Shown here one piece after another: positions 17,593 to 25,044 of a stretch of 25,786 nucleotides of DNA. How positions within the stretch are numbered: position 1 is the stretch's first letter; every line of letters starts with the position of its first letter. The translations under genes were made by a program, and so were the position numbers. This DNA comes from Candidatus Krumholzibacteriia bacterium (GTDB taxonomy: Bacteria; Krumholzibacteriota; Krumholzibacteriia; Krumholzibacteriales; Krumholzibacteriaceae): assembly GCA_028696635.1 (NCBI GenBank), contig JAQVGR010000001.1, positions 1-25,786 of the forward strand. Reading direction: 5' to 3'. The notes below the pieces were generated by a model. It searched no databases. It was not told the DNA's origin and saw only the letters and a program-made list of their open reading frames with translations.

Positions 17593-17621
17593 ATTGTATC
17601 AAGCATTTGTCATTTTGTCAA
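17593..17621 (-). promoter_or_regulatory. Near-consensus sigma70 promoter of the lipoprotein gene (TTGACA-N17-TACAAT)
   Basis: TTGACA at 17621-17616, TACAAT at 17598-17593, within an AT-rich patch. Confidence 0.8.
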
Positions 17622-17672
17622 TTGCAGTAATGATTCCGAATGCAACTCCGGAACGGGGAGGTATCTATCGGC

Positions 17673-17702
17673 TTGCTCCTGCACGCCTTGTGGCGGTATA
17701 GT
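17673..17702 (+). promoter_or_regulatory. Candidate promoter of the DUF3467 gene (TTGCTC-N18-TATAGT)
   Basis: TTGCTC at 17673-17678, TATAGT at 17697-17702; SD AAAGGG before ATG 17757. Confidence 0.45.
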
Positions 17703-17756
17703 GTCGGGGTCCGGTGAACGGTCTGGCGCCCCGCCTTCTCACACGAAAGGGATACG

Positions 17757-18092
17757 ATGCAGAAACAGCCTCAACCCCAGCAGCAGATACAGGTGCAGCT
17801 CGACGAGTCGGCCGCGGAGGGTATCTACTCGAACTTCGTGCTCACGGGGAACACGCACGCGGAGTTCATCCTCGACTTCGCCCGCATGCTCCCGGGCCTG
17901 CCGAAGGCGAAGGTCCTCTCGCGGATCATCATGACGCCGCAATCGGCCAAATCGCTGCAGATCGTGCTGACAAGAACGATCGAGCAGTACGAGAAGAACT
18001 TCGGCGAGATCAAGATGAAGGGGGGCAGGGAGGCCTCCCAGATCGGGTTCCAGGCCAAGGCCGGCGCTCCCGACTCCGGCGACGACTCCTGA
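17757..18092 (+). CDS. DUF3467 domain protein
   Basis: IQVQLDESAAEGIYSNF, EFILDFA, SRIIMTPQSAKSL, YEKNFGEI, IGF tail. Confidence 0.88.
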   Translation: MQKQPQPQQQIQVQLDESAAEGIYSNFVLTGNTHAEFILDFARMLPGLPKAKVLSRIIMTPQSAKSLQIVLTRTIEQYEKNFGEIKMKGGREASQIGFQAKAGAPDSGDDS

Positions 18093-18110
18093 GGAGCCCC
18101 GCGCTCATCG

Positions 18111-19037
18111 TCAGAGGGCTACCGCATTCTCGCGCGGAGGGCGCGTCTTCCAGCGCCGATGCGCCCAGAAATAGTGATCGGGATGCTTTCTGACCGCCTC
18201 CTCGAGCGCACGCGTGTACGCCCCGGTGAGCCGGGCGGTCTCCTCGTCGCGCGGCGCCGACTGATCCGGCTCTATCGGCGGCAGGAATATCGCCTCGTGC
18301 GTCTCGTCGGGGTTGCGCACGATGAAGCAGCAGACGATCGGAGCGCCGGTGCGCAGCGCGAACTGGGCAGCTCCCGGATAGGTCGACGACGGGATCCCGA
18401 AGAACTCGACGAAGATCCCCGCGCGCCTCGCATCCTGGTCTGACAGCAGCGCCACCATCCGGCCCGCCTTCAGCGACGCGAAGACGCCGCGCGCTGCGAT
18501 CCCCCGGGCGATGATGCCGATCCCCGCCGCCCGCCTCAGACCGTTGATCAGATCGTCGATCGACTTGTTCGACTGCTCTCCCACGAGAAAATCGGCCGGC
18601 ATCCCGTGGGCCACCGAGGCGGCCCCGAGCAGCTCCCAGCTCCCGAAATGCCCAGTCACGACCACGACCCCCTTCCCCCGGGAGAGCGCCCCGTCGATGT
18701 GCCGCCGATCCCGCACGGCGACGAGCCGCCTGAGGCGCTGGCCGCCGAGCCGGCCGATGGAGGCGAACTCGATCATCGACTTGGCGAAATTGATGTACGA
18801 GCGTCGGCCGATGCGCGCACGCTCTGCAGGAGAGAGCGCTCCGCCGAACGCGCGCTCGAGGTTCTCGAGCGTCACGCGCCGCCTGATTCTCACCGTGTCG
18901 AAGGCGATGCGGCCGAGGATCTCCCCTCCCGCCCTCACCGACCACCGCAGCGGCAGCACCGCGGGAAGCCGGATCAGCAGGCGCACGCCGGCGAGCTCGA
19001 TCCGGTGCCTCAGCCGTTTCCAGTATGAAAGCGCCAT
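18111..19037 (-). CDS. Lipid A late acyltransferase, LpxL/HtrB family
   Basis: TGHFGSWE, LSDQD, VEFFG, WAHRRWKTRP; start set to ATG 19037 after GAGGG (alternative 19082). Confidence 0.9.
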   Translation of the reverse strand: MALSYWKRLRHRIELAGVRLLIRLPAVLPLRWSVRAGGEILGRIAFDTVRIRRRVTLENLERAFGGALSPAERARIGRRSYINFAKSMIEFASIGRLGGQRLRRLVAVRDRRHIDGALSRGKGVVVVTGHFGSWELLGAASVAHGMPADFLVGEQSNKSIDDLINGLRRAAGIGIIARGIAARGVFASLKAGRMVALLSDQDARRAGIFVEFFGIPSSTYPGAAQFALRTGAPIVCCFIVRNPDETHEAIFLPPIEPDQSAPRDEETARLTGAYTRALEEAVRKHPDHYFWAHRRWKTRPPRENAVAL

Positions 19038-19069
19038 ATCCCTCGGCCGCCTCGCGCCCGGCGCGCCGG

Positions 19070-20200
19070 TCACGATATCCATCGGGCGAGACGGCTCAAT
19101 TCGATCCCGACCGCCTTCTCCGGGCAGAGCTCATGGCAGCACATGCATTGCACGCACCGCTCGTGCACGACCCGGTATTGCTCGCCGTCGGGGACGATCG
19201 CCTTCACCGGGCAGCTGCTGAAGCACATCGCGCAGCCTGTGCACCTGTCCGTGTCGATACTCAGGCGCAGCCAGACGAGCGGAGCGACCAGACGCGCCAG
19301 AGCGCCGGGCACGAGCCGGATCTTGAGGTTGGAGGGAAGCGAGAACCCCTCGATCCTCGCGCCGGCCGCATCCCCCATGACGTCTATCCTGTCGAGATCG
19401 CCGATCCCGGCTCCCGTCTGCGCGGCTATGCGCGTCGTATCGACCTGGCCGGGCCTGAAACCGATCGCCCGGGCGAGAACGGCGTCGACCGCCACCGCGT
19501 CTGTCCCCGCCGCCAGCAGTTCGATCCTTCGAGGCTCCCCCGAGCTCGGCCCGTTCCCCTCCATCGCGACCACCGCGTCGACGATCGAGAGCGCGGGGGC
19601 GATGCGCCGGTACAGCTCGACGAGCATCGCGGCGAAGGGCGCCGGCTTGGGGTAGAGCTTGTGCATCTCTGACTTGCGGAAGCCGGGGATCACGCCGAAG
19701 ACGTTCTTGACCGCCCCCGTCATCAGGGTCAGCGAATGCGTCTTGAGCTTGGCGAGGTTGATGACCAGATCGGCCTCGAGCACCGGCCGGGCGACGTAGA
19801 AACGGTACGGCCCCGCGTCGATCGCTGTTGAGCCCGACGCCTCGAAGTTGACCAGCTCCAGCCCGGCCCGGGCGGCCATCTCGCTCATCAGGGTGTTGTC
19901 CCAGACCCGCTGGATGCCGCGGATCGCGCCTCCGGGGCTGTCGCCGACCACCGGCTCCCCTCCCGCCTCGCGCACCATGGCGGCGACTGCCTCGACCAGA
20001 TGCGGATGGGTCGTGACGGCCCGCGGAGGGGCCTTGGCGGAGAGCAGGTTCGGCTTGAGCAGCACGCGCATCCCGGGGCGTACGAAGGCGGCGATGCCTC
20101 CGAACGGCTCGAGCGTGGCGGCGAGCGCCGCGCGCAGGGGCGCGTCATCGTACGAGTCGCATCTGACGAGGGAGACGGCGGCCCTGGTCGTCGGATCCAT
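19070..20200 (-). CDS. DUF362 domain protein with C-terminal 2x[4Fe-4S] ferredoxin
   Basis: VLLKPNLL, TTHPHLV, VGDSPG, INLAKLKTH, GAVKNVFG, MEGNGPSSG; CTGCAMCFSSCP and CVQCMCCHELCP. Confidence 0.9.
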   Translation of the reverse strand: MDPTTRAAVSLVRCDSYDDAPLRAALAATLEPFGGIAAFVRPGMRVLLKPNLLSAKAPPRAVTTHPHLVEAVAAMVREAGGEPVVGDSPGGAIRGIQRVWDNTLMSEMAARAGLELVNFEASGSTAIDAGPYRFYVARPVLEADLVINLAKLKTHSLTLMTGAVKNVFGVIPGFRKSEMHKLYPKPAPFAAMLVELYRRIAPALSIVDAVVAMEGNGPSSGEPRRIELLAAGTDAVAVDAVLARAIGFRPGQVDTTRIAAQTGAGIGDLDRIDVMGDAAGARIEGFSLPSNLKIRLVPGALARLVAPLVWLRLSIDTDRCTGCAMCFSSCPVKAIVPDGEQYRVVHERCVQCMCCHELCPEKAVGIELSRLARWIS

Positions 20201-20221
20201 TGCGTATAGTCCCCGGACTGC

Positions 20222-21358
20222 TCAGTGGTGGTCGTCTCCGCTCCTGCGCAGCGCTCCGGAAACGGCGTACGTTCCGCCGCCGCATGATTCGATGATCCCC
20301 CGCATCTCGAGATCGAGCAGGAGCGGAAGGATAACGGTCGGAGAACTATGGCAGATTCGGACGAGGTCATCAATATGTTTCGGGTTGAGGTCGAGGGCGT
20401 CGACCAGGGAGCGCTCGACGTCATCGAGCTCCGCGACCGTATCCCTCCCGCCGGGCTGCGCCCGCGTCGGCCCGTCGACGATCCTGCCGCACGGCGGCAG
20501 CGCCGCGAGGATGTCGCCGACGCTCTCGACGAGCATCGCCCCCTGCTTGATCAGGTGATGGGGCCCGCGGCAGGTCTCCTGCTCGACGGGGCCGGGGACG
20601 GCGAACACCTCGCGGTTCTGATCGATCGCCCACCTGGCGGTGTTCATCGCTCCGCTGTCGAGCCCCGCCTCCACGACGACCACGCCGAGCGAAAGGCCGC
20701 TGAGTATCCGGTTGCGCCGGGGGAAATGGTGCTTCATCGGAGGCGTACCCGGCGGGAACTCGGAGAAGAGGCAGCCGTGCCTGGCGATCTCGAGGGCGAG
20801 CGCGGCGTTCTCCTGCGGGTAGGGGACATCGATGCCGCAGGCGAGCACGGCGCAGGTGCCGCCTTCCCCCGCGAGCGCTCCGTCGTGCGCGACGGTGTCG
20901 ATCCCGCGCGCCATCCCGCTCACGACGAGTATGCCCCGCCGCGAGAGCTCCCACGCCAGCTCGCGGGCGATGATCATCCCGCGCCGGCTGGAGCGGCGCG
21001 AGCCGACGATGCAGACGGCCGGCCTCCCGGCGACGGCGGGGTCCCCGTCGTAGAAGAGCAATACCGGGGGATCATCCGTCTGCTGCAGGATCGAGGGATA
21101 TCCGGGGTCCTCGCGGCAGAGCACGCCGCAGTACTTGCGGGCGAGGAACGATTCCACCTTCTCGATCAGATGCGGGCTCGGCTCTCCGATCTCGCGCCCG
21201 GCGATACTGCCGAGCTCGCGCCGGCCCGACTGCGTTTCGAGCATCGAGACGATCCGTGCGGCGCCCAGCCGCTCGGCGAGGAGTATCCAGGTGTGTTGGC
21301 TGATTTCCCGTACCGACAGGATCCGCACCCAGCGGCTCGCCGCATCAGAACACCTCAT
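20222..21358 (-). CDS. dprA: DNA-processing protein DprA/Smf
   Basis: DPGYPSILQQTDDPPVLLF, IVGSR, VSGMARGIDTVAH, SEFPPG...FPRRNRILSGLS, VFAVPG, C-terminal winged helix; start set to ATG 21358 after GGAGG. Confidence 0.95.
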   Translation of the reverse strand: MRCSDAASRWVRILSVREISQHTWILLAERLGAARIVSMLETQSGRRELGSIAGREIGEPSPHLIEKVESFLARKYCGVLCREDPGYPSILQQTDDPPVLLFYDGDPAVAGRPAVCIVGSRRSSRRGMIIARELAWELSRRGILVVSGMARGIDTVAHDGALAGEGGTCAVLACGIDVPYPQENAALALEIARHGCLFSEFPPGTPPMKHHFPRRNRILSGLSLGVVVVEAGLDSGAMNTARWAIDQNREVFAVPGPVEQETCRGPHHLIKQGAMLVESVGDILAALPPCGRIVDGPTRAQPGGRDTVAELDDVERSLVDALDLNPKHIDDLVRICHSSPTVILPLLLDLEMRGIIESCGGGTYAVSGALRRSGDDHH

Positions 21359-21403
21359 CATCCACCTCCGCATCGAACCCGTACTGTCCTGAACGGTATA
21401 TAT

Positions 21404-21432
21404 AATATATCCGGATTCGCGAGCCCGGTAAA
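21404..21432 (-). promoter_or_regulatory. Candidate dprA promoter (TTTACC-N17-TATATT)
   Basis: TTTACC at 21432-21427, TATATT at 21409-21404 inside a 14-nt A/T-only tract. Confidence 0.55.
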
Positions 21433-21505
21433 GCCGCACTTGTTATTCGATGCGCGACAAGCGGTTACGCAATGGATCCGCCCCGGCATTCCGCAATGGA
21501 TAGCA

Positions 21506-21535
21506 TGAGGGCGGCGTTTTCGGTCGCCGCCCTCA
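21506..21535. terminator. Strong hairpin downstream of the M56 gene (terminator or stabiliser; no clear U-tract)
   Basis: Perfect 11-bp stem TGAGGGCGGCG/CGCCGCCCTCA with an 8-nt loop. Confidence 0.45.
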
Positions 21536-21617
21536 CGTGCCGGGAACCCGGGCCGTCACCGTCCGATCCAGCCTGCCGGCTCCGGCCCCGTGCCCGGCTC
21601 TGGTGCCCTGTCCGTCC

Positions 21618-23345
21618 TCAACGGGCCGTATTCTTCGCGGCCACTTCCTCCTCCCGGAGCTGCTCGATCTTGGCGAGCATCTGCTTGCCGTTCTCGTTCT
21701 CCGGATTCAGCGCGAGCGACTTCTCGTAGAACTTCTGCGCCTTGTCGAGCTTGCCGGCGACGAGCAATCCCTCTCCGAGGCTGTCGTAGACGTTCCACGA
21801 TTCGGGGTACATCTCGACGTTGTTCTTGAAAACGTAGATCGCCTCTTCGACCTTCCCGTTGTGCAGCAGGACGTACCCGAGGGTGTTGAACTCGCTCTCC
21901 TTGAAATAGTATTCCGAGGAGCCCGACTGCTCCATCTTCTGCAGCTTCTGCAGCACGGCCCCCGCCTTTTCCTGCCCTTCCTTCTTCAGGGCCATCGCGA
22001 ACTCGACCGCCGCGGAGCTTCCCTTTCCCTCTTCCATGATCTTCTGCCAGGTCATCTCGACCTTGGCCTTCGGATCAGTCGGGAACTCGCCCGCCTCCGT
22101 CTTTTCCTTCATCATCATCTTCTTCTCGAGCTGCAGCTTCTTGAGCTCTTCATCGGTCAGTTGCTTCTCGTGCTGCAGCTTTTTCATTTCCTCTTCGGTC
22201 AGCTTCTGTTCAGCCTCACGCTTGATCTTCACCTTCCGGACATCCTCGTCGTCCTTCTCCTGGGCCTGGATCTGCCAGATCCCCGAGACGGACAGCGGAA
22301 ACACGAGACTGAGGACGAGAATGCCTGCGACGATCGCAGACCTGCGCCCTCCGGTGCTCCTGTTCACCCCCGGGTTGAGGATGCACAGCAGCCGGTCCTT
22401 GAGATTGGATCCCTGCGAAATCATGACTGCCTCCCATGCCGGTCTCGCCGCGCTGCCGAGATCGGCGGCGATGTCCATCAGCAGCGAAGCGTAGGCCGAA
22501 GGCCGTACGCCGCAGCCGAGGACGGCGTTGTCGCAATCGCGCTCGCGCTCGATCCGCAGGCGCCTGACGGCGAGCCAGGCCAGCGGATTGAACCAGTGGA
22601 GCACGGTCGCGGAATGAGCGAGCAGCTCGATCCATCCGTCGCGGCGCTTGACGTGCGCCAGCTCGTGGGACAGGACGAGCCGCAGACGTTCCTCGGACCA
22701 GGCGGTCGACGCGGAAGGAAGGATCACGGCGGGGTCGGCGCATCCCGTCGTGATCCCGGTCATCACACGCTCCGACAGGAGGACGCGCACGGGGCGCTCC
22801 AGGCCTATCTCCGCCGCCGTCGCTCTCGCCACGGCGCGGAGCCTGTCGCCGGCGGGGACCGCTCCCCGCGCGACCCTCCCGGCGATCGCGGTCGTGAAGA
22901 GGAACCACGCCATCATGACGACAGCGCCGGCGATCCAGACGAGAAGCACGACCTCGGACCAGTGGAGTCCGATCGCTCCGGACCGTCCGGCCGCGTCGAT
23001 CGAGGGTGTCCCGGCCGGAGACGGAGGTCCGACGAGGATCTCCTTTCCCGAAACCGCGCTGAGATCGCCGTCCGGCCCGGCGGATACGGGAGCGTCCGCC
23101 ATCGCCGGCAGCAGGCCGAGGTTCCACATCGGGGTCAACGGCGCCATCGCGGGGATCAGGAGCAACCCCGCGACCGCCGCGACCCAGATCATCTTCCGCG
23201 TGTATGCCGAAGAACCGCGCATCATCAGCGTCGTCGCTCCCGCGGCGGCGCAGAGCATCGCTCCCTTGAGGGAGACCCCGGCGATCAGCTGGAGGATCTC
23301 GTACCGGGGCATGCCGGCCATGAGCGTGGAAAAGAAGCCGTCCAT
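21618..23345 (-). CDS. BlaR1/MecR1-like M56 membrane metalloprotease-sensor with C-terminal TPR domain
   Basis: N-terminal TM helices, PAVILP, HELAHVKRRD (HExxH), ERERDCD, LKDRL, final TM, then charged linker and TPR-like NTLGYVLL...NVYDSLGE...YEKSLALNP; 1 nt after the blaI-like stop. Confidence 0.92.
   Translation of the reverse strand: MDGFFSTLMAGMPRYEILQLIAGVSLKGAMLCAAAGATTLMMRGSSAYTRKMIWVAAVAGLLLIPAMAPLTPMWNLGLLPAMADAPVSAGPDGDLSAVSGKEILVGPPSPAGTPSIDAAGRSGAIGLHWSEVVLLVWIAGAVVMMAWFLFTTAIAGRVARGAVPAGDRLRAVARATAAEIGLERPVRVLLSERVMTGITTGCADPAVILPSASTAWSEERLRLVLSHELAHVKRRDGWIELLAHSATVLHWFNPLAWLAVRRLRIERERDCDNAVLGCGVRPSAYASLLMDIAADLGSAARPAWEAVMISQGSNLKDRLLCILNPGVNRSTGGRRSAIVAGILVLSLVFPLSVSGIWQIQAQEKDDEDVRKVKIKREAEQKLTEEEMKKLQHEKQLTDEELKKLQLEKKMMMKEKTEAGEFPTDPKAKVEMTWQKIMEEGKGSSAAVEFAMALKKEGQEKAGAVLQKLQKMEQSGSSEYYFKESEFNTLGYVLLHNGKVEEAIYVFKNNVEMYPESWNVYDSLGEGLLVAGKLDKAQKFYEKSLALNPENENGKQMLAKIEQLREEEVAAKNTAR
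22122..22205 (-). repeat. 42-bp tandem duplication (2 copies, 33/42 identical) encoding a 14-aa charged repeat
   Basis: KLTEEEMKKLQHEK / QLTDEELKKLQLEK. Confidence 0.85.
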
Positions 23346-23346
23346 C

Positions 23347-23739
23347 TCACCGGCCCTCCTTCCGGGACCGGTCGATCAGATCCTCGATCGCCCGGACCTC
23401 TTCGCCGGAGAGCCTGCCCTCCGACTCCTTCAGTATCGAGATGACGGCGTTCGCCTCGGCGCCCTTGAAAAAAGTGTCGAGCACGTTCGCCAGCGCCGTC
23501 GTCCGGGCCTTCTGCAGCGGGATCGTCGGATAGTAGATGTACCGCCCCTTCTCCGTCTCGTGCCGCAGGAACCCCTTGTCCTCGAGCACGCCGAGCATCG
23601 TCCGCACCGTGGCGTTGACCGGCCTGTCGGGGAGGGCTTCCATCACCTCCACCGCGCTCACCCGTCCGAGACGGTAGACGATCTCCATGATCTGCCTCTC
23701 CCGCCGCGTGAGGTTACCGAGCTGTGGTTTCTTGCCCAT
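23347..23739 (-). CDS. BlaI/MecI/CopY family transcriptional repressor
   Basis: LTRRERQIMEIVY, TVRTMLGVLEDKGFL, GRYIYYP, LDTFFKG, IEDLID; start set to ATG 23739 (SD AAGGGAG). Confidence 0.93.
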   Translation of the reverse strand: MGKKPQLGNLTRRERQIMEIVYRLGRVSAVEVMEALPDRPVNATVRTMLGVLEDKGFLRHETEKGRYIYYPTIPLQKARTTALANVLDTFFKGAEANAVISILKESEGRLSGEEVRAIEDLIDRSRKEGR

Positions 23740-23812
23740 GAGTCCGATTCGCTCCCTTCGCGATGGTGCGCGGTCCCGGCCGATCGTTCCGGTCCCGCGT
23801 GACCGATCAGGC

Positions 23813-23887
23813 ATGCCAAATCTTTCACATGAGAAATATTTAACATCTTTGCCCGCCTGTCAAGGGGAAATGTTAAATTTTTCTCAT
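23813..23887. promoter_or_regulatory. Operator/promoter region with three copies of ATG-N2-AAATNTTT-N2-CAT and a minus-strand TTGACA
   Basis: 23813-23830 ATGCCAAATCTTTCACAT; 23829-23846 ATGAGAAATATTTAACAT; 23870-23887 ATGTTAAATTTTTCTCAT; TTGACA at 23863-23858 (minus). Confidence 0.8.
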
Positions 23888-23920
23888 GCCGGGTATACGG
23901 CCTCGGCGGGAAAAGGTTCC

Positions 23921-24982
23921 CTACCGCTTCGCCTCGATGACCCCGCCGCCGAGCACGAGGCCGTCTCGGTAGACGACCACCGACTGGCCGGGGGTGATCG
24001 CCCTCTGGGGCTCGTCGAAGCGGACCTCGAGGCGGCTCCCCTTCAGCGAGAACTCGCAGGGGGCTGGGGCGTGAGCATACCGTATCTTCGCTTCGGCGCG
24101 CCCTCCCTTCTCACCCGGAGGGAAGTTGACCGCGGTGGCGAGCAGATCGCTCCCGCCGAGGTATGCTTCCGGGCCAACGATGAGGCGGTCGCGCGCGGGA
24201 TCTATGGCGATCACATAGAGCGGCTCGGGGGCGCTGATCCCCAGTCGTCGCCGCTGGCCGATCGTGTAGTTGAAGATCCCATCGTGCTCGCCGACGATCT
24301 CTCCGTCGACCGAGACGATCTGTCCCGGCCTCGAAGGGATCCCGCGCGCCGCGAAGAAGGCGGCCGCCCCACCCTCGGGCCAGAAACAGACATCCTGGCT
24401 CTCCCGCTTCTCCGAGACCGAGAGACCGGCCTCGTCGGCAAGGGCCCGGACCTCGTCCTTGGCCAGCTCGCCGACGGGGAAGAGAACCCGCTCGAGACGC
24501 TCGCGGGGGATCGAGTAGAGGAAATAGGTCTGGTCCTTCCCGAGGTCTTTCGGGCGCGAGAGGTAGAGAACTCCGTCCCGCCGCTCGAGCCGCGCGTAAT
24601 GCCCGGTGGCGATCATGTCGAACCGCGCGCCGGCGAGCTTGTCGGCGAGGAGGCGGAACTTGATCCGCTCGTTGCAGAGCACGCAGGGGTTGGGGGTGCG
24701 CCCGCAAAGGTATTCCTCGACGAACGGGGCGATCACCTCGCGCTCCATGTCATCACTCATCGAGATGACATGGTGCTCGATTCCCAGCGCTGCGCATACC
24801 CTCCGCGCGTCGACGATGTCCCCGGGGCTGCAGCAGCGCCGCGCCCCGGCCTCGCCCCCGGTCCCGATGCACATCGTCACCCCGGAGACGTCGTACCCGC
24901 CGCGCTTCAGAAGGAGCGCGGCGACCGACGAGTCGACCCCGCCGCTCATCGCTGCCAGTATGCGTGTGACGGTGCGGATCAT
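23921..24982 (-). CDS. mnmA: tRNA-specific 2-thiouridylase MnmA
   Basis: AMSGGVDSSVAA PP-loop, TPNPCVLCN, ATGHYA, KDQTYFL, ESQDVCF, HDGIFNYTIGQR, AITPGQSVV. Confidence 0.97.
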   Translation of the reverse strand: MIRTVTRILAAMSGGVDSSVAALLLKRGGYDVSGVTMCIGTGGEAGARRCCSPGDIVDARRVCAALGIEHHVISMSDDMEREVIAPFVEEYLCGRTPNPCVLCNERIKFRLLADKLAGARFDMIATGHYARLERRDGVLYLSRPKDLGKDQTYFLYSIPRERLERVLFPVGELAKDEVRALADEAGLSVSEKRESQDVCFWPEGGAAAFFAARGIPSRPGQIVSVDGEIVGEHDGIFNYTIGQRRRLGISAPEPLYVIAIDPARDRLIVGPEAYLGGSDLLATAVNFPPGEKGGRAEAKIRYAHAPAPCEFSLKGSRLEVRFDEPQRAITPGQSVVVYRDGLVLGGGVIEAKR

Positions 24983-25044
24983 GCTGCTGCAGTATCTCTC
25001 CTGTCCGGCTTGCCGGGACTCGCGAGATCGAGCCGCCGGAGGGA

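Noticed and set aside
17570-17640. AT-rich patches (also 21397-21410, 23813-23887) as signs of horizontal transfer or insertion sites
   Set aside because: Short and coincident with promoter/operator elements; no transposase, integrase, att or target-site duplication seen.
21537-23444. 635-aa plus-strand ORF and other long antisense ORFs (3011-4225, 3916-5454, 9707-11623, 11337-12377, 12950-14440, 16162-17283, 20348-21508, 23687-25126)
   Set aside because: They mirror well-supported minus-strand genes, have no recognisable motifs or SD, and are expected shadows in high-GC DNA.
21618-23739. Beta-lactam resistance locus
   Set aside because: No penicillin-binding domain and no beta-lactamase or mecA-like gene in the window.
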